Shown piece after piece: positions 8,044-15,614 of a DNA stretch of 32,000 nt. The stretch is from Acutalibacteraceae bacterium. GTDB lineage: Bacteria; Bacillota; Clostridia; Oscillospirales; Acutalibacteraceae. The stretch's first letter is position 1. Each line of letters begins with the position of its first letter. The stretch is taken from assembly GCA_045544035.1 (NCBI GenBank), contig JAZPYE010000007.1, forward strand, positions 1-32,000, in the 5' to 3' direction. Position numbers and translations under genes: made by a program. A model generated the notes under the pieces. It did no database searches. It worked only from the letters and a program-made list of their open reading frames with translations, and had not been told where the DNA came from.

Positions 8044-9309
8044 TTATTTATTCTTAATTTTGTCCATATATGCCTTAAATGCCTGCTCGTTTTTGTTATC
8101 GCCAGGGGTATAATACTTTTTATCCTTTAACGCATCGGGCAGATATTGCTGTTTAACATAATGGTTTTCGAAATCGTGGGGATAAAGGTAAAACTGACCT
8201 TTTTTCTCCACCTCGGCGCTGTCATAATGCTTATTTTGCAAGCTTCTCGGAATGGGATAAACTTTGCCGAGCTCAACATCACTCATTGCCGCGTTTATAG
8301 CATCGTGAGCTGAATTCGATTTAGGTGCTGTTGCCACCAAAATAACGGCGTTTGCAAGGGGCAACCTGCCCTCAGGAAGCCCCAGCATTAGGGCAGTATC
8401 CACCGCCGCTTTTACAATCGGGATAATTTGGGGATAGGCAAGGCCAACATCCTCATTAGCGCAGGCAAGAAGCCGCCTGCAGGCACTTGGCAAATCACCG
8501 GCAGCCAGAAGCCTTGCAAGGTAATAAATAGCCGCATCGGGGTCGGAGCCGCGCATTGATTTATGATAGGCTGAAATAATGTCGTAATGCTCATCCCCTG
8601 CCCTGTCATAGCGCACGGGGCTGTTTTTAAGCAGCAGCTCAACATCATCATTTGAAATCTCAATACACTCTTTGCCTTTGTCGGCAGAAAGCACGCAAAG
8701 CTCTAATGTATTGAGGGCACGGCGAACGTCCCCTGCACCGCTACGGGCAATTTGGGCAAGACCCTTTTCGGAAAATTTAATCTCCTTGCCCTTTTCGCCC
8801 TTCAAAAATTCTACCGCACGGGTGAGCGCCTCTAAAATATCCTCTGAGGCAAGCGCCTTAAACTCGAAAACGGTGGAGCGGGAAAGCACCGCCGAATAAA
8901 CATAAAAGCTGGGATTTTCGGTGGTGGAGGCAATAAGGGTTATATCCCCACTTTCAATGTAGGATAAAAGAATTTGCTGTTGCTTTTTGTTAAAATACTG
9001 AATCTCATCAAGATATAAAAGAATTCCGCCTGCCGCCTCAATGGTATTAAGGGAAGCGATAATATCCTTTATATCCGCCGTGGAGGCAACGGTGGCGTTA
9101 AGATAGTGCAGTTTTTTGCCGCAGGTGGCGGCGATAATATTAGCCACGGTGGTTTTACCAACCCCCGAGGGGCCATAAAAAATCAGGTTGGGAATTTGAC
9201 CCGACTGAATAATACGGGTAAGTAGTTTTCCCTCACCCAAAATATGCTTTTGACCGCAAACTTCTGACAGCGTTTTAGGTCTTACACGGTCGGCAAGTGG
9301 GGAAGACAT
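8044..9309 (-). CDS. rarA: replication-associated recombination protein A (AAA+ ATPase RarA/MgsA)
   Basis: 421-aa ORF. It has LADRVRPKTLSEVCGQKHILG, a Walker A motif GPSGVGKTT, a Walker B motif LLYLDEIQYFNK, and the C-terminal MgsA domain (HYDIISAYHKSMRGSDPDAAIYYLARLL). Confidence 0.9.
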   Translation of the reverse strand: MSSPLADRVRPKTLSEVCGQKHILGEGKLLTRIIQSGQIPNLIFYGPSGVGKTTVANIIAATCGKKLHYLNATVASTADIKDIIASLNTIEAAGGILLYLDEIQYFNKKQQQILLSYIESGDITLIASTTENPSFYVYSAVLSRSTVFEFKALASEDILEALTRAVEFLKGEKGKEIKFSEKGLAQIARSGAGDVRRALNTLELCVLSADKGKECIEISNDDVELLLKNSPVRYDRAGDEHYDIISAYHKSMRGSDPDAAIYYLARLLAAGDLPSACRRLLACANEDVGLAYPQIIPIVKAAVDTALMLGLPEGRLPLANAVILVATAPKSNSAHDAINAAMSDVELGKVYPIPRSLQNKHYDSAEVEKKGQFYLYPHDFENHYVKQQYLPDALKDKKYYTPGDNKNEQAFKAYMDKIKNK

Positions 9310-9383
9310 ATTCTTTCGCCTCCTTAATATTACTCAATAACTATATTTTATAATAAGACAACTTCTTTTTCAAGTTTTTTAGA

Positions 9384-9391
9384 CATACAAT
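9384..9391 (+). promoter_or_regulatory. mother-cell sigma (sigE-type) -10-like element upstream of spoVB
   Basis: CATACAAT equals the Bacillus sigE -10 consensus CATACAnT. It lies 25 nt before the ATG at 9416 and just 5' of the GGGAG RBS. I could not identify a convincing -35. Confidence 0.35.
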
Positions 9392-9415
9392 TACCTGAAA
9401 GGGAGTTTTTTTATA

Positions 9416-10933
9416 ATGAAAAAGGTGTTGTTTTTCAAAAATACCGCGCTGCTTACCGCAACACAGCTTATTTTAAGATTTTTAGGCATTGTTTTTAAGG
9501 TGTATTTAAGCGGTGCTGTTGGCAGTGAGGGCATTGGCCTTTATCAGCTTGTTTTCTCGGTTTATATGCTGGCAAACACCTTTGCTTCATCGGGCCTTAC
9601 CGTAGCGGTCACCCGCCTTATTGCCGATGAGCTGACTTTGGGCAGTGAAAATGGTGTTAAAAAAATTCTTTTTAAATGTATGGCGCTTGCCGCCTGTTTT
9701 GCGTTTTTAAGCGGATTTATTGTCTTTGTTTTCTCAAAACCCATTGCTCTTTTCTTTATTGGTGATGAAAGGAGCCTGCCCGCCCTTAAAACCCTCACCT
9801 TTTCCCTTCCCTTTATGGCAATTTCCGCCTGTGTTAGGGGCTACTTTACGGCAAGGCGCAAGGCGCTGCCACCCTGCATTTCGGGGGTTTTCGAACAGCT
9901 TATAAGAATTTTTGTTACCCTTAAAATTCTAAAGCGGGCAGTGGGCGCCGAGAATGCCTGCACCGCCATTTTAACAGGCGACCTTGTGGCAGAGGCGGCG
10001 GCAACAAGCATAATTCTGTTTTTCCTCTTTGCCGATTTTAAATATTTAAAGATTTTAAAGGGCAGGGCCCACCCGCCCTTTAAGCTAACAAAAGAAATTC
10101 TGCGAATTTCTTTTCCCATAAGCTCCTCACGGCTTATAAACAGCCTGCTTCGCACCGCCGAAAGCCTGCTGGTGCCCGTATGTCTTGTTAAATTTGGAAT
10201 GGAAAGAAGTGCGGCGGTGTCGGTTTTTGGAATGATTAAGGGAATGGCGCTGCCTCTTATCTTTTTCCCAAGCTCACTGCTTTCCTCGGTTTCTTCACTG
10301 CTTATCCCCGAAATTTGCGAAGCAAAGGCAAAGGGACAAACGGGAATTGCCCGAAAGCAAATTGGAAAGGTGCTTAAAATCACCGCCCTTTCGGGCCTTT
10401 TTCTAGCCGCAGTTTTCCTTTTTTGCGGCGAAACCCTTTGCACACTTATTTATAAGGAGTCAGGTGTGGCACTGCTTGTAATTGCCCTTGCCCCACTAAC
10501 GCCGCTAATGTACCTTGACAGCGTGTGTGACGGCATTTTAAAGGGGCTTGACCAACAAAATTTTTCCTTTAAGGTCACAGTGAGCGATTCAGCTTTACGC
10601 CTTGTTTTTACCCTTTTCTTTGTCACCAAATTCGGAATGAGCGGCTTTCTGGGCATTATGTATTTCAGCAACCTTTACACCTGCCTTTTAAACTGCTTAA
10701 GGCTACAAAAAGTTATGGGTATTAAAATTAAACCCCTGCGCAATGTGCTTGTTCCCGCCCTTTTTGCCTTTGCCTGCGGCTATCTTACAAAATCGGCGCT
10801 TTTGCCCTTTTCACTGCCACAAATTTTTTATGCCGTTATTTTTTGCATTTTCGCCTTTGCTTTTTTCTTTACCCTGCTACTTCTTGGCGGCATAACAAGC
10901 AAAGAGGAAATAAGAAACCTTATTACAAAATAA
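9416..10933 (+). CDS. spoVB: stage V sporulation protein B-like MOP-superfamily (MurJ/Wzx-type) flippase
   Basis: 505-aa polytopic membrane ORF. The N-terminus NTALLTATQLILRFLGIVFKVYLSGAVGSEGIGLYQLVFSVY is typical of SpoVB and polysaccharide-biosynthesis flippases. Its sporulation-gene neighbours and the sigE-like -10 element support the call. Confidence 0.7.
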   Translation: MKKVLFFKNTALLTATQLILRFLGIVFKVYLSGAVGSEGIGLYQLVFSVYMLANTFASSGLTVAVTRLIADELTLGSENGVKKILFKCMALAACFAFLSGFIVFVFSKPIALFFIGDERSLPALKTLTFSLPFMAISACVRGYFTARRKALPPCISGVFEQLIRIFVTLKILKRAVGAENACTAILTGDLVAEAAATSIILFFLFADFKYLKILKGRAHPPFKLTKEILRISFPISSSRLINSLLRTAESLLVPVCLVKFGMERSAAVSVFGMIKGMALPLIFFPSSLLSSVSSLLIPEICEAKAKGQTGIARKQIGKVLKITALSGLFLAAVFLFCGETLCTLIYKESGVALLVIALAPLTPLMYLDSVCDGILKGLDQQNFSFKVTVSDSALRLVFTLFFVTKFGMSGFLGIMYFSNLYTCLLNCLRLQKVMGIKIKPLRNVLVPALFAFACGYLTKSALLPFSLPQIFYAVIFCIFAFAFFFTLLLLGGITSKEEIRNLITK

Positions 10934-10960
10934 GAGGAGGCAACCGCCTCCTCTTTTATT
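10932..10960. terminator. bidirectional intrinsic terminator between convergent spoVB and spoIIID
   Basis: The hairpin is AAGAGGAGGC-AACC-GCCTCCTCTT followed by TTATTTG. Confidence 0.75.
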
Positions 10961-10963
10961 TGT

Positions 10964-11212
10964 TTATTCTCCCTTATATTTCTTTCTGGTTGCCATGCCA
11001 CCTCTTATGTGGCGCTCCTGCTTATTTTTCTCCAGCACCGCCTTAACCTGTTTATATAGGGCAGGCTGACTGCGCTTTAGCCGCTCGGTCACATCCTTGT
11101 GCACCGTTGATTTGCTCACCTTAAACACCTTTGCCGCAGCCCTCACGGTGCCGCCCGTTTCCACAATGTATTCTCCCAGCAGCGTTGCCCTATCAGAACC
11201 CAAACGATTCAT
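10964..11212 (-). CDS. spoIIID: sporulation transcriptional regulator SpoIIID
   Basis: 82-aa ORF. GEYIVETGGTVRAAAKVFKVSKSTVHKDVTERL...ERHIRGGMATRKKY aligns with Bacillus SpoIIID (KYIVETKKTVRVIAKEFGVSKSTVHKDLTERL...IRHLRGGEATKLKY, from memory). Confidence 0.9.
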   Translation of the reverse strand: MNRLGSDRATLLGEYIVETGGTVRAAAKVFKVSKSTVHKDVTERLKRSQPALYKQVKAVLEKNKQERHIRGGMATRKKYKGE

Positions 11213-11338
11213 AGAAAATCCCTTCCTTTAATAAATTCTATGAATCGTTTTTTCTTTTTAGAATAATAATTACATCGGCGAAGCCGCACATTTTTTATTT
11301 TTTGTTATTTATTTTCTTGGCAGGGGGGGGAGACAATG

Positions 11339-11513
11339 TTATGTAAACCTCAAACCCGTTGCCGTTTTATTTCGTTGTTTTTATATTATGTAAACCGAGG
11401 AGGCTTGTCCTACGGCATTAAATTTATTACATTAAATTTTGTAATAAAAAAACAAACATTCCTATATTATGTAAACCAAACGCGGTGTTTATTTTTGTGC
11501 TGTTATGTTAACC
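11339..11513. repeat. four dispersed copies of TTATGTAAACC (minus strand GGTTTACATAA) in the tadA-spoIIID spacer
   Basis: The copies are at 11339-11349, 11386-11396, 11467-11477 and 11503-11513. The last has one mismatch (TTATGTTAACC) and overlaps the tadA stop codon. The two central copies share the 15-mer TATATTATGTAAACC. Confidence 0.8.
11403..11412 (-). promoter_or_regulatory. candidate SpoIIID binding site (autoregulation)
   Basis: The minus strand reads TAGGACAAGC, which fits every position of the published SpoIIID consensus WWRRACAR-Y. It is about 190 nt upstream of the spoIIID ATG and 12 nt 5' of one GGTTTACATAATATA copy. Confidence 0.4.
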
Positions 11514-11957
11514 TTGATTTCTTAAATCCTTAAAGAAATTTTGCAACATTTCGGTACACTGACTTTCGCAAATTCCCGAATAAATTTCTGTGTTTGTGTT
11601 TGCTGTGAAAACATTTTGAGCGCTGCCGCAGGCACCCGCAGTAAAATCATAGGCGCCGAAAATCACCGATTTAATTCTTGCGTTTATGATAGCGCCTGCA
11701 CACATAACGCAGGGCTCAAGAGTCACATAAAGCTCGCAGTCATCAAGCCGCCAGCTATGAAGCTTCTTGCAGGCCGTCTCTATAGCTCTGATTTCGGCGT
11801 GACCAAGGGCGCTTGAGGTTTGTTCGCGGTCGTTTTTGCCAACACCTACAATTTCACCGTTTCTAACCACCACGGCGCCAACGGGAATTTCGCCGTTTTT
11901 GGCGGCTTCAATGCCTAATTCAATGGCTCTGTACATAAATTTCTTATCCATAAACAT
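11508..11957 (-). CDS. tadA: tRNA adenosine(34) deaminase TadA
   Basis: 149-aa ORF with the CDA zinc motifs HAEIRAIE and LEPCVMCAGAI. The ATG at 11951 (MDKKF...) has better RBS spacing (AAAGGA, 6 nt) than the ATG at 11957. Confidence 0.9.
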   Translation of the reverse strand: MFMDKKFMYRAIELGIEAAKNGEIPVGAVVVRNGEIVGVGKNDREQTSSALGHAEIRAIETACKKLHSWRLDDCELYVTLEPCVMCAGAIINARIKSVIFGAYDFTAGACGSAQNVFTANTNTEIYSGICESQCTEMLQNFFKDLRNQG

Positions 11958-11963
11958 TCCTTT

Positions 11964-11979
11964 TGTTTCACGTGAAACA
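11964..11979. promoter_or_regulatory. 16-bp perfect palindrome TGTTTCACGTGAAACA immediately 5' of the tadA RBS
   Basis: Read directly from the sequence. The same core occurs at 17594-17615 in front of gyrB. Confidence 0.6.
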
Positions 11980-11987
11980 TTTTATTT

Positions 11988-12020
11988 AAAAACGCCGAAA
12001 AGCAAATTTTCGGCGTTTTT
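11988..12020. terminator. intrinsic terminator after the CPBP protease gene (symmetrical A/T-run flanks)
   Basis: AAAAACGCCGAAAA-GCAAA-TTTTCGGCGTTTTT forms a perfect 14-bp stem. Confidence 0.8.
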
Positions 12021-12028
12021 GACAAGGT

Positions 12029-13027
12029 TTATCTTAAAAATATGGCCTCAACAAGGGTTAAAATGATGCAAATTACAACAATAGGGGAGGTGAAAAACCA
12101 AATCAGCTTATCCTTGGTTGTTGCAACGGTTTTATTTTCCTCAATTTCAAGACATTCGTTTTCCTTTTTAGATAGAAGGAAAATGCCCAAAACGCCGAGA
12201 AGCAGATTAAAGCACAGCACAAAGAGGTAAACAGTGTTTACAAGCTCAAATCCAAACCACTCGCCAAGGTAATAAACACCCACTGAAATAAAGTTATTAA
12301 CAAAGTGAATGATAATTGCAGGCCACATTGAGCCGCTTTTAACCGTGGCATAGCCCACCGCAAGGCCTATTATGGCGGCAAAGAAAATTTGGGTAAAGTT
12401 GCCGTGGATAAGGCCAAATAAAACCGATGAAACGATTATTGCAAAGCCGTCACCATAACGCCTGAGTGAACCGAGGCACACCCCACGCATTCCAAATTCC
12501 TCAACAAAGGCGGGAACTAGCGCGGTGGAGATAAATGCGAGGGTTACTCCGAAAATGCCTTCGGGATAGGAGGGCTCAACATACTTATCGGGGAAGCCAA
12601 GGTTTATAAAAATTGCTCCACTAACCGAATTTGCAATGTTTGAAAACGCTGCCGCGCCAATGCCGATTAAGATAAGTGGCAAGAATGTGCCTTTTTTGGG
12701 TTTTCCAAAGGGGAGAAGCTCGTTTACCTTAAACCCACCCCATTTCATAAGCACCGAAAAGGGAAGAATGAAAAAGGCGATGGATAAAAGTATCTGTACA
12801 AAGCAGGAAACGGCAGGGTCTCCGATAAGATTATCAAGATAACCGCTGGGAACACCAAAAATGCCCAAAATAGTGGACAAAAGGGTGTACCAACCCAGGG
12901 AAATCAGAAGAACTGCGCCGTAAGCAAGGCCCAAAGCGTTGCCAAGGCGGCGAATGCCCTCCTTTTCGTTTTTGCGTGCAATTCTCCGTTTTTCTCTTAT
13001 TTCAAGTTCTATTAAAGCATCTTCCAT
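12029..13027 (-). CDS. CPBP family intramembrane glutamic endopeptidase (CAAX/Abi-type)
   Basis: 332-aa polytopic ORF with the three CPBP motifs: EEFGMRG (EExxxR), FGLIHG (FxxxH) and HFVNNF (HxxxN). Its start is 6 nt after the gyrA stop. Confidence 0.8.
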   Translation of the reverse strand: MEDALIELEIREKRRIARKNEKEGIRRLGNALGLAYGAVLLISLGWYTLLSTILGIFGVPSGYLDNLIGDPAVSCFVQILLSIAFFILPFSVLMKWGGFKVNELLPFGKPKKGTFLPLILIGIGAAAFSNIANSVSGAIFINLGFPDKYVEPSYPEGIFGVTLAFISTALVPAFVEEFGMRGVCLGSLRRYGDGFAIIVSSVLFGLIHGNFTQIFFAAIIGLAVGYATVKSGSMWPAIIIHFVNNFISVGVYYLGEWFGFELVNTVYLFVLCFNLLLGVLGIFLLSKKENECLEIEENKTVATTKDKLIWFFTSPIVVICIILTLVEAIFLR

Positions 13028-13033
13028 AGGGAA

Positions 13034-15595
13034 TTATTCCTCTGCTTTTTCTTCAGTTTCGTTTTCCCCTTCATTTTCCGCTTCTGTGCCCACCTCAGCC
13101 GCATCGGCATCGGGGGCTTCGGGAGTAGTGAATTCCTCCTCATCATCGTGTTCGCTTATAGCCGCAGAAAGAATGATGGTGTCGCCTGTCACTCTCTTAA
13201 CCCTTACACCCTTTGAGGGGCGGTTAAAGGTGCTGATTTGGGCGGCGGGCACCCTGATAATAACACCGTCGGAGGCAATCATAATAACATCGTCCTCATC
13301 GGTAACGTTAAGCACTGCCGCAACATCGCCGTATTTTTCTACGCGATAGTTTGTAATACCCTTACCGCCGCGGTTTTGCAGCCTGTAATCGGCAATAGAG
13401 CTCTTTCGGCCGTAGCCCGTTTCGGTAACGGTGAGCACAACGGTGTCGGCGTTTACCTTGGTCATTGCAACAACGCTGTCATCAGCCTTTAATTTAATTG
13501 CGCGAACGCCCATTGCAGTTCTGCCCATGGGGCGAACATCGGTCTCACTAATGTGAATTGCCATGCCCTTCTTGGTGGCAATAAGCAGTTCATCGGAACC
13601 ACTTGTCATTTCGGTAAAGGCAAGCTCATCGCCCTCATCAAGAGAAAGGGCAATAATACCGGTTTTTCTAATATTCTGGAACTGGTCAAGGTGTGTTCTC
13701 TTAATGGTGCCGTTTTTGGTGACCATAACCACATAGGCATCGGTTTTAACATCATCACAGGGGAGAATGTTGGTAATTTTTTCGCCCGACATAAGGGGTA
13801 AAATGTTAACCATGTTCATTCCCTTGCCAATTCGGCTGCCTTCGGGAATTTCATAAGCCTTCAGCTTATAAATTCTGCCAAGGTTAGAGAACATAAGGAT
13901 ATAATCGTGAGAGGAGCATACAAACATGCTCTCCACAATATCATCTTCTCTGGTTGTCATGCCACGAATGCCTCTGCCACCGCGGTTTTGAACGGAATAT
14001 TCACTGCTCGGAATGCGCTTAATATAGCCATTTCTGGTCTTTGTAAGAACACATTCCTCTTCGGGAATAAGGTCTTCAATGTCAACCTCGCCCGAAACTG
14101 CTGAAATTTCGGTGCGGCGGTCATCGGAATATTTATCACGGAGATTTAATGCCTCGGTCTTAACAATATCAAGAACACGGCTGTGTGAAGCTAAAATTTC
14201 CTGACATTCCTTAATAAAGGCGTGTTTTTCCTTAAGCTCATCCTCAATTTTTTGTTTTTCCATGCCCGCAAGTTTGCCAAGCTGCATTTGAACAATGGCG
14301 GTTGTTTGAATTTCATCAAAGCCGAAGCGGTCAGAAAGCCTTTCCTTTGATTCAGGAATGGTTTTTGAGGTACGGATTATGGAAATAACCTCATCAATAA
14401 AGTCAATTGCCTTATTCAGCGCCTCTAAAATGTGGGCGCGCTCCTGCGCCTTTTTCATATCAAAGGCTGTTCTGCGCTCAATAATCTCACACTGGAAGTC
14501 AATGCAGTTTTGGAGCATATCCTTTAGGGTTAAAACCTGGGGCTTGCCGCCGACAATGGCAATAAGGTTTGCGCCAAAGGTGGTTTGAAGCTCGGTGTAG
14601 GAGAAAAGCTTGTTAAGCACTACCTGAGGGTTAGCATCCCTTTTTACATCAACAACAATTCTGATACCGCCATCACGCTTTGAGGAATAGTCAACAACAT
14701 CATCAATGCCCTCAACGCGCTTTTCGGCGGCCAAATCGTAAATTTTCTTAACTAATGCTTCTTTTCTAACCTTGTAGGGAATTTCGGTGATAACAATGCG
14801 GAATTTTCCGTTTGAAAGCTCCTCAATTTCGGTTTTACCGCGAACGATAATCTTGCCCTTACCCGTTGCATAGGCGGCTCTGATTCCCGCTCTGCCCATA
14901 ATAATGCCGCCGGTGGGGAAGTCGGGACCCTTAATGTACTCGCAAAGCTCGGGCAAATCTGCTTCAGGATTATCAATAAGGCAGCACATGGCATCAATGG
15001 TTTCGCCCAAATTGTGGGGCGGAATTTCGGTTGCCATACCAAATGCAATACCGCTTGAGCCGTTAACAAGAAGCTGTGGGAAGCGAACGGGGAGAACGGT
15101 AGGTTCTTTTAAGCGGTCATCGTAGTTCGGAACAAAATCAACGGTGTCCTTATCAATATCATCAAGCATATGAACCGATAAACGATTCATTTTAGACTCG
15201 GTATAACGGTAAGCGGCGGCAGGATAGCCATCAATGTTACCAAAGTTACCGTGTCCATCAATAAGAGGATAGCGGAGAGAGAAATCCTGCGCCATTCTTA
15301 CCATTGCATCGTAAACCGAGCTGTCACCGTGGGGATGATAACGACCAAGCACCGAACCAACAGTGTCGGCGCACTTTCTGTAAGCCTTTTCGGGGGTCAG
15401 ACCGTTTTCATACATTGTGTAAAGAATTCTGCGGTGAACCGGCTTTAAACCATCACGAACATCAGGCAGCGCACGACCAACGAGAACCGACATACCATAC
15501 TGCAGCATGCTGCTTTTAACTTCATCAACAATTTCAACAGGTAAAATATTGGTATCCTGACTTTCGGGCCAATAAACCTTTTCTTGTTTAGCCAT
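13034..15595 (-). CDS. gyrA: DNA gyrase subunit A
   Basis: 853-aa ORF. It has GLKPVHRRILY, the QRDR region HPHGDSSVYDAMVRMAQ, the active-site AAAYRYTE and C-terminal beta-pinwheel repeats. A 40-aa Asp/Glu-rich tail follows. Confidence 0.97.
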   Translation of the reverse strand: MAKQEKVYWPESQDTNILPVEIVDEVKSSMLQYGMSVLVGRALPDVRDGLKPVHRRILYTMYENGLTPEKAYRKCADTVGSVLGRYHPHGDSSVYDAMVRMAQDFSLRYPLIDGHGNFGNIDGYPAAAYRYTESKMNRLSVHMLDDIDKDTVDFVPNYDDRLKEPTVLPVRFPQLLVNGSSGIAFGMATEIPPHNLGETIDAMCCLIDNPEADLPELCEYIKGPDFPTGGIIMGRAGIRAAYATGKGKIIVRGKTEIEELSNGKFRIVITEIPYKVRKEALVKKIYDLAAEKRVEGIDDVVDYSSKRDGGIRIVVDVKRDANPQVVLNKLFSYTELQTTFGANLIAIVGGKPQVLTLKDMLQNCIDFQCEIIERRTAFDMKKAQERAHILEALNKAIDFIDEVISIIRTSKTIPESKERLSDRFGFDEIQTTAIVQMQLGKLAGMEKQKIEDELKEKHAFIKECQEILASHSRVLDIVKTEALNLRDKYSDDRRTEISAVSGEVDIEDLIPEEECVLTKTRNGYIKRIPSSEYSVQNRGGRGIRGMTTREDDIVESMFVCSSHDYILMFSNLGRIYKLKAYEIPEGSRIGKGMNMVNILPLMSGEKITNILPCDDVKTDAYVVMVTKNGTIKRTHLDQFQNIRKTGIIALSLDEGDELAFTEMTSGSDELLIATKKGMAIHISETDVRPMGRTAMGVRAIKLKADDSVVAMTKVNADTVVLTVTETGYGRKSSIADYRLQNRGGKGITNYRVEKYGDVAAVLNVTDEDDVIMIASDGVIIRVPAAQISTFNRPSKGVRVKRVTGDTIILSAAISEHDDEEEFTTPEAPDADAAEVGTEAENEGENETEEKAEE

Positions 15596-15614
15596 TTTTC
15601 ATTCTCTCCTTTCC

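Noticed and set aside
9841-10443. Long antisense ORFs: 200 aa opposite spoVB, 1278..1772 opposite the DUF1846 gene, 12939..13349 and 14752..15069 opposite gyrA, 16112..16417 opposite gyrB, 28441..28857 opposite the DUF3048 gene, and 30895..31573 opposite dusB.
   Set aside because: These are shadow ORFs inside well-supported genes. Their products are low-complexity (Ser/Pro/Arg/Ala-rich), and they have no RBS and no recognisable motifs.
11213-11507. I looked for SRP (scRNA/4.5S) RNA downstream of tadA, as in the Bacillus tadA-scr-dnaX arrangement.
   Set aside because: There is no GGAAG/CCTTCC-type domain IV motif and no GC-rich helix. The spacer is A/T-rich repeats and the next gene is spoIIID.
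11336-11533. A 65-aa ORF in the tadA-spoIIID spacer (repeated LYYVN).
   Set aside because: The repeated peptide merely reflects the TTATGTAAACC DNA repeat. The product is Cys/Phe/Leu-rich low complexity with poor RBS spacing, and the ORF runs antisense into tadA.
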